The notes below the pieces were generated by a model. It was given only the letters and a program-made list of their open reading frames with translations. It was not told the DNA's origin and ran no database searches. DNA of 64,000 nt from an uncultured Alphaproteobacteria bacterium (GTDB lineage Bacteria > Pseudomonadota > Alphaproteobacteria > Sphingomonadales > Sphingomonadaceae): contig CAVZHP010000005.1 in the NCBI GenBank assembly GCA_963775115.1, positions 127,817 to 191,816 on the forward strand. The letters run 5' to 3'. The position numbers were made by a program, and so were the translations under genes. Below, in pieces: positions 58,440 through 64,000 of this stretch (within the stretch, counting starts at the first letter, position 1; each line of letters starts with the position of its first letter).

Positions 58440-59792
58440 ATGACGCCAATCAACGACATCCCTGACACTGCAGTTGAAATCCCAGTGACCGCATATGTAT
58501 CGCCGGAATACGCGCGAGCCGAGGGCGAAAGGCTCTGGCAGAAAGTTTGGCAGATCGCATGCCGGGAAGAGGACATCCCGGAGGCGGGGAGCTACTATAC
58601 CTACGACATTCTCGACAATTCCGCCATCGTCGTTCGGTCCGGAGAGGATCAAATTTCCGCCTTCTATAACACCTGCAGGCATCGTGGCCGTCGTCTCACT
58701 AACGGATGCGGTGTGGCTGATCGCTTTCGCTGTCAATATCACGCATGGCAATGGCATCTGAACGGGGACAATGCGCACATTCCCCGTCGGGAAAATTGGG
58801 GAAATCAGCTTAGCGAGCAGGACACTCGGCTTGGCCAGGTTCAGGTCGGGCGGTGGGGTGGGTTCGTCTGGGTCAACTTCGACCCTGATTGTGAACCTTT
58901 GGAATCCTATCTCGGCACCATGCCGCACTGGATTGACCCATTCAAAATGGAAGAGATGCGTTACAAGTGGCGACGCTGGACCCATCTTGACTGCAATTGG
59001 AAGGTGATCCTGGAAGCTTTTCTTGAAACCTATCACGCACCGATCATACACCCGCAGAACCGAGAATTCAGCAGAGGTCTGGGTTGGACGCGTGGCGAAG
59101 GCCTGCACAGCTGCATGGGCACGCTCGGCCGAGAAGGCAGTGGAAGCGTCGGGATGAGCGTGGATGGCACGGTGGCGAAGGATTATCGCAAGACAGCGAT
59201 CTACACAGTCAACCTCTTCAACGACACTATGGGCGCTTTGACTACAGACCGGCAGATCGCTGCTGCCGCTCAGCTCCTAGACGTTTTGCCAGAAACGGCG
59301 ACACCCGCCGAGGTCAGCGAGACGCTGTCGGAACTTGCCCGTCAAATGGACGCCGAGCGGGGAGTGGCATGGCCCGACGTACCGGCTGATCATGTGAGGG
59401 AAACTGGCTTCAACTGGCACGCCTTTCCCAATTCGCTGATTCAACCTGGCTTCGACTGCGGCCTCTTCATCCGTGCACGCCCGAACGGGTGGGACCCCGA
59501 CACATGCATATTTGAAGTGTTCGCGCTCGAGCGCTTCCCGGAAGCCGAGGAGCCCGCCAACGACTATGTCTTCGAACCAGAACTGACGGAGGAGAAGTGG
59601 GGGCTCCTGTTCGTTCAGGACTTCGACAACCTGCCGGATGTTCAGCGGGGGATGAAGTGTTCAGGCGGACAGATGGTACGGCCAAACCCAGTAATGGAAA
59701 AAACCATTATCAACTTTCACCGAAACTTGGCTGGCTACATGCGCAACGGGAATCCGGAGCCGATTTCACACGCGGAGACGCTTGCAGGCTAA
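58440..59792 (+). CDS. Rieske non-heme iron aromatic ring-hydroxylating oxygenase, alpha subunit
   Basis: CRHRG...CQYHAW Rieske motif; NWK...E.FLETYH...IH; QDFDN. Confidence 0.92.
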   Translation: MTPINDIPDTAVEIPVTAYVSPEYARAEGERLWQKVWQIACREEDIPEAGSYYTYDILDNSAIVVRSGEDQISAFYNTCRHRGRRLTNGCGVADRFRCQYHAWQWHLNGDNAHIPRRENWGNQLSEQDTRLGQVQVGRWGGFVWVNFDPDCEPLESYLGTMPHWIDPFKMEEMRYKWRRWTHLDCNWKVILEAFLETYHAPIIHPQNREFSRGLGWTRGEGLHSCMGTLGREGSGSVGMSVDGTVAKDYRKTAIYTVNLFNDTMGALTTDRQIAAAAQLLDVLPETATPAEVSETLSELARQMDAERGVAWPDVPADHVRETGFNWHAFPNSLIQPGFDCGLFIRARPNGWDPDTCIFEVFALERFPEAEEPANDYVFEPELTEEKWGLLFVQDFDNLPDVQRGMKCSGGQMVRPNPVMEKTIINFHRNLAGYMRNGNPEPISHAETLAG

Positions 59793-59998
59793 TTCAGCAA
59801 TGGTGAATGCCTCATCATTGGCATTTTGGCCCGTGCGCCGCTAGGTCCGCTCCGATAACCTTGGGCAGGGGCTGGTTTGCTTCAGCCACTGAGGCCGCGT
59901 CACAATTCGGCCTGGAGCGGCTGGAACCGGGCGGGCGCGTGATCGGCAAGCGTTGCGGCACCTCTCAAAACATCGGCGCGAAGGCGCGCGAAGCGAAG

Positions 59999-60338
59999 TG
60001 ACCTGACCCCCAACTTTCATCCAGTTGCGATTAGAGCCTCGGCGTTGTTTTCGCCCGCATAGGCAGGTGAAGCAAGGGGCTGCGTAGCGTAGCCTCCGGC
60101 TATGCGGAGCGAAGCAGCCCCTTGCTTCTTCAGTTCAGCGGCGAACGCCGCCGGGGTGGCATATCCGAGCGACGAGTGCGGCCGCCCCGTGTTGTAGTCA
60201 TCGACCCACGCGGCGATCTTCTCGCGGACATGGGCAAGGCTGGTGAACAGAGTCTCGTTGAGCAGATCGTCACGCATCCGTCCGTTGAAGCTCTCGACGA
60301 ACGCATTTTGCGTGGGTTTGCCTGGCGTCGTGTACCAA
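59999..60338 (-). mobile_element. IS3-family (IS407-like) remnant: transposase C-terminus plus one terminal IR
   Basis: PGKPTQNAFVESFNGRMRD, YN..RPHSSLGY.TP; terminal TGACCTGACCCCC at 59999. Confidence 0.85.
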
Positions 60339-60411
60339 CCGGAACGGAACGGCGGAACACCCATGCCGATCCGCGCCGGTAGAGATAACGATGGTCTTTG
60401 ACGCGCTGCAT
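60339..60411 (-). pseudogene. N-terminal fragment of a DUF6538-like / integrase-associated gene, truncated at the IS remnant
   Basis: MQRVKDHRYLYRRGSAWVFRRSVP, next to the tRNA att site. Confidence 0.55.
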
Positions 60412-60518
60412 TGGGCCCTCTGCCACAGACCGTTTTTGTAGCAAATTTTGTAGCAAAGTGCACGATGAAATGCCTGATTTGCAACCAGTTGCACCATATC
60501 AAAGGCTTAGGGAGAGAC

Positions 60519-60608
60519 TGGCGGAGAGGGTGGGATTCGAACCCACGTTACGGTTGCCCGTAAACCGCATTTCGAGTGCGGCGCATTCGACCTCTCTGCC
60601 ACCTCTCC
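60519..60608 (-). tRNA. tRNA-Ser (anticodon CGA)
   Basis: GGAGAGGTGGCAGAG...CTCGAAA...long variable arm...GGTTCGAATCC...CTCTCCGCCA; 90 nt with encoded CCA. Confidence 0.95.
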
Positions 60609-60764
60609 GCGAAGCGCAATCGGGGGGCTGTGGCCCCACCAGGTCGGCGAAGCGGCGCGGTTAGCCCAACCATTGGCCCTTGCCAACCCCCGTTCGTTAC
60701 ACCGTGGGGGATGGGCAAAAGCCACCGCTTGTTTCGCAAGTGCACAAAACCTATATGGATTCGC

Positions 60765-61145
60765 ATGGAACGCGCCAGCTTCTTCTCTCCGCAGGCCGGC
60801 AGGCTGATCGATGCACCGCTGCGCACCAAGGCGCGCTTTGCGATTGGCGATGTCGTGAAGCACCGGCTTTACGACTTTCGCGGCGTCGTTTTCGATATCG
60901 ATCCGGTCTTCGCCAACAGCGAAGAATGGTATCAGTCGATCCCGCAGGATGTCCGGCCGGAACGCGAACAACCCTATTACCATCTGCTCGCCGAAAACGG
61001 GGAATCGAGCTATGTTGCCTATGTCAGCCAGCAGAACCTGCTGGGTGACGGCGACGGCGGCCCGGTGGATCATCCCTCGCTCGACCAGTTGTTCGATGAT
61101 TTCGACGGCGGGCGTTACCGGCTGAGGCACGGCCTTACCCACTAG
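60765..61145 (+). CDS. hspQ: Heat shock protein HspQ
   Basis: F.IGDVVKHRLYDFRGVVFDIDP.FANSEEWY, QPYYHLLAEN, YVSQQNL. Confidence 0.9.
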   Translation: MERASFFSPQAGRLIDAPLRTKARFAIGDVVKHRLYDFRGVVFDIDPVFANSEEWYQSIPQDVRPEREQPYYHLLAENGESSYVAYVSQQNLLGDGDGGPVDHPSLDQLFDDFDGGRYRLRHGLTH

Positions 61146-61636
61146 AGACAGCTTACCGAATATCACCGGGACTGCGCTTTGCACTCGCAGCGAGAAAAAC
61201 TGCGTTCTGCGCAGAGAAGATCCAGTCGGGCGAAAAAGCCCAAGTTCATTGCCATGGCGCCAGGTGATCACCGGGCGGTCAAGCGCGCCATCCGTGCGCC
61301 CGTTTCAGGTTTGAAACCCGCCCCGCCGCAGTGAACATATCGCAAGATACCGGACTAAATAATTAGCCGATCGCTCTGTCGAATGGGTAAATTCCGCCAT
61401 TTCGCGATGACCGCCACCTCCATCTGACGCGCCTATTGCACGCCCTGTCATCGCTTTCATACCCGAGTCACAAGTCATCCCGACTTAGCCACGTGTCGCC
61501 CCTGCTGCGGGTGGAGCATTAACCAGTCGATGGATACTAAGCGCTTAACCAAACGTCTCGCGGCAATCTTAACCCCGATTGCCTCACCCTGATTTTCGCG
61601 CATCTAACAATCCAAGAATATTTAGGAGAATACTGC

Positions 61637-63028
61637 ATGGCTCGATCCGGAATGTACGTCTTGCAAGGCGTCGTACCCACCGAAGTTGCAGCGGCACCTT
61701 ACGACGTCAAAATCGTCGATATTTACGATGACAACATGAATCTCCACACACCCGCAGAAGTAGCCCTCATGGGCGGCGGACCGGGCAAGGCACTTCTGCT
61801 TGGATATTTCAGCATCGGCGAGGCCGAAACTTACCGGCCCTATTTCAGCTCGATCCCTGCTGCCGCGCTGGGTCCTGAGAACCCGCAATGGAAGGGCAAC
61901 TTCGAGGTTGCCTACTGGACACCGGAGTGGCGCGCTGTCGCCACGGCCTACATCGACCGGATGATAACCGCTGGATACGACGGGGTCATGTTCGATGTTG
62001 TCGATGAATACCAACTCGCCTGGGCCAAGGCCAATGCGCCCGGCGGCGCGGCGGGTGCTGCACAGGCCATGGCCGACCTTGTCGCCTACCTGGCCGACTA
62101 TGCCCATGCGAGAGTGCCGCATTTCCGCATCTGGGCCAACAATGCCGAGGAACTGCTGTCGAACAACACCTATTTCAGCCACCTTGATGGCATGATCAAG
62201 GAGAACCTCTACTATAGTGACTCCGGTTCCAAACAGTCGTTCTCCGAAACACAATGGAGCCTCGATCTGCTTGAGCGGATGATCGCGGCTGGCAAAGACG
62301 TCATTGCCATCGAATATGTTTCCACTGCCGCCAAGATTGCCGATGTGCAGGCTCAGGCAGCGCGTGACGGACTTGGCTATTACACGGCGGATATCAACCT
62401 GGAGGGCGTCAGCCTGAGCGGCGTCCTGCCGGGCCAGGTAATTCACGACGACTGGAGCGGCTTGAACGCAGCTCCTCCTCCGCCAACGGTAATTACGCCC
62501 CCGCCTCCGCCAATGGAAATTACTCCCCTACCGGCAGTTGTGCCCCCGCCCGCTGTCGATCTGGTCCTCAACGGCAATAGCAATTCCAACACCCTCACCG
62601 GGCAGGGCGGTAACGACACGCTCTATGGCAAGAGCGGTAACGACACGCTGACGGGCAACGCCGGCAATGACTGGCTCTATGGCGGCAAAGGCAACGACAA
62701 GCTTGCCGGAGGAGCCGGCGCCGACACCTTCGCCTTTGCCGAAAGCGGCAACAAGAACTCCGACACGATTTCCGATTTCCAGATCGGTGTCGACCGGATT
62801 GCGCTGGACGATGCCGTGTTCACGAACGCCGGACCCGCCGGCAGCCTGGCCAATGCCGCCTACTGGGAAGGCAGCAAGGCGCATGACGCCAGCGACCGTG
62901 TCATCTACAACCCAGCGACCGGCGCTATTTTCTACGATCCCGATGGCACCGGCAGCCTGGCTCAGGTCAAGGTCGCGACAGTCACGGTCGGGACCGATCT
63001 GTCGGCGACGGACTTCTTTATCATGTGA
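61637..63028 (+). CDS. GH114/TM1410-like endo-alpha-1,4-polygalactosaminidase-type domain, Pro-rich linker and RTX Ca-binding repeats
   Basis: GYFSIGEAE.YR, NPQW.GNF.V.YW..EW, GYDGV.FDVVD; GGNDTLYG-type nonapeptides; no Sec signal. Confidence 0.75.
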   Translation: MARSGMYVLQGVVPTEVAAAPYDVKIVDIYDDNMNLHTPAEVALMGGGPGKALLLGYFSIGEAETYRPYFSSIPAAALGPENPQWKGNFEVAYWTPEWRAVATAYIDRMITAGYDGVMFDVVDEYQLAWAKANAPGGAAGAAQAMADLVAYLADYAHARVPHFRIWANNAEELLSNNTYFSHLDGMIKENLYYSDSGSKQSFSETQWSLDLLERMIAAGKDVIAIEYVSTAAKIADVQAQAARDGLGYYTADINLEGVSLSGVLPGQVIHDDWSGLNAAPPPPTVITPPPPPMEITPLPAVVPPPAVDLVLNGNSNSNTLTGQGGNDTLYGKSGNDTLTGNAGNDWLYGGKGNDKLAGGAGADTFAFAESGNKNSDTISDFQIGVDRIALDDAVFTNAGPAGSLANAAYWEGSKAHDASDRVIYNPATGAIFYDPDGTGSLAQVKVATVTVGTDLSATDFFIM

Positions 63029-63036
63029 AATCCTGG

Positions 63037-63060
63037 GGGGGCACCCGATCGGGTGCCCCC
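63037..63060. terminator. Perfect 24-bp palindrome between convergent genes (probable bidirectional terminator)
   Basis: GGGGGCACCCGATCGGGTGCCCCC. Confidence 0.7.
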
Positions 63061-63076
63061 TTACCCGGCGTCTCCC

Positions 63077-63958
63077 TCAGCTCTTCAGCTTCCAGCCGCT
63101 GCGCAGGATCAGATAGGTTGCGACTGCCAGCACGGCGTTCAGCACGCCCAGTCCCAGCGCGCCGTGCAGCACCGCCGTGTTCGTGCTCCCGATATCGCTT
63201 TGCCCGAGAAATCCGAAGCGGAATCCCGAGATAACATAGAAGAACGGATTCGCCCGGCTGATCGACTGGAAAAACGGCGCGAGATTGTCGATCACGTAGA
63301 ACGTGCCCGAGAGCAGTGTCAGCGGAAAGACGATGAAATTGGTGATCGCCGAGTTGTGATCGAATTTGTCTGCCCAGATCGACGACAGGAAGCCAATCAG
63401 CGACAACAGAACCGCGCCCATCAGGCCGAACCACACCACGGCCCATGGATGCGCCACTGCAAGGCCGACACCGGGATAGAACATCATCAGGATTGCCAGC
63501 GCCAGCCCGACAAGCACCGCGCGCGTCACCGAGGCGGATATCATTGCCAGCATCAGCTCGGCCTCGGACAATGGCGGCATCAGGAAATCGACAATCGTTC
63601 CCTGCATCTTGCCCGAGAGGAACGAGAAGCTGGCATTGGCAAATCCGGCCTGCATCATCCCCATGACAATCAGCCCAGGCGCAACGAAAGTGGCGAAATT
63701 CACGCCCAGCACTTCGCGCCCGCCCCGTCCCATCGCCACGGTGAAAATCACCAGATTGAGCAGGATGGTGATCGCCGGTGCCCAGATCGTCTGGGTCTGC
63801 ACCTTGAAGAAGCGGCGCACCTCCTTCATATAGAGGGTCTTGAGCCCGATCCAGTTGACCCGGTGGATCAGCGGCTCTCCCTGAGCCGGAAAGCTGCGCC
63901 GCCCTGCTTTGGCTGGGGAGGCTGCGGCTGTCGCGGTGACTGGGGGTTGCTCGGTCAT
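63077..63958 (-). CDS. ABC-2 type transporter permease (YadH-like)
   Basis: KEVRRFFKV..QTI.AP, F..PGLI.M, PLT.LSGTFY, NPFFY.I.GFR.GF. Confidence 0.9.
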   Translation of the reverse strand: MTEQPPVTATAAASPAKAGRRSFPAQGEPLIHRVNWIGLKTLYMKEVRRFFKVQTQTIWAPAITILLNLVIFTVAMGRGGREVLGVNFATFVAPGLIVMGMMQAGFANASFSFLSGKMQGTIVDFLMPPLSEAELMLAMISASVTRAVLVGLALAILMMFYPGVGLAVAHPWAVVWFGLMGAVLLSLIGFLSSIWADKFDHNSAITNFIVFPLTLLSGTFYVIDNLAPFFQSISRANPFFYVISGFRFGFLGQSDIGSTNTAVLHGALGLGVLNAVLAVATYLILRSGWKLKS

Positions 63959-64000
63959 GACTGGGCGACTATCGGGTGGCCCGGCCCGTTGCAAGCGGGC

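Larger units (their letters stand above)
57042..60536. mobile_element. Eroded genomic island integrated at the 3' end of tRNA-Ser
   Basis: 18-bp direct repeat TGGCGGAGAGGGTGGGAT at 57042-57059 and 60519-60536; internal TTTGTAGCA tandem repeats; IS and gene fragments; visibly more AT-rich. Confidence 0.85.

Noticed and set aside
60017-60502. 161-aa ORF as an intact transposase
   Set aside because: It is a chimera: only the C-terminal part is IS3 transposase, and the N-terminal part reads through unrelated att-proximal DNA.
60507-61271. 254-aa minus-strand ORF overlapping hspQ and the tRNA
   Set aside because: Antisense to hspQ and runs through tRNA-Ser; spurious.

Overview
GC-rich alphaproteobacterial chromosome segment; gene content and order fit Sphingomonadaceae, probably Novosphingobium-like. 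Left and middle are mostly core genes: the rimP-nusA-DUF448-infB-rbfA-truB-rpsO-pnp operon, leuC/leuD, bolA and grxD. Interspersed are a P450/EthD/SDR/deazaflavin-reductase catabolic cluster, a papain-lectin fusion with its own chagasin-like inhibitor, a DUF3142 gene pair, a homolog of plant cyclopropylsterol isomerase, and an in-frame palindromic element inside truB. The main accessory block (33.4-51.2 kb) has two converging halves. The + strand carries a Fap-like functional-amyloid secretion locus: acidic DDGN-repeat subunit, FapB-like protein, C39 peptidase, FapE-like protein, Crp/Fnr regulator and FapF-like barrel. The - strand carries PilZ, two paralogous membrane histidine kinases, a hybrid kinase, two receivers, a GGDEF-EAL protein, an alpha-oxoamine-synthase-family PLP enzyme and a tandem OmpW. 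This arrangement suggests an autoinducer-type circuit controlling an amyloid matrix (inference). To the right are a LexA-boxed imuA-imuB-dnaE2 cassette, an eroded 3.5-kb island at tRNA-Ser(CGA) (att duplication, arm-like repeats, orphan Rieske oxygenase, IS3 remnant), hspQ, a GH114-like/RTX protein and an ABC permease. Two apparent +1 frameshifts (leuC, an alpha/beta hydrolase) may be assembly errors. No CRISPR array was seen. Family assignments come from motif recognition by eye, not database searches.
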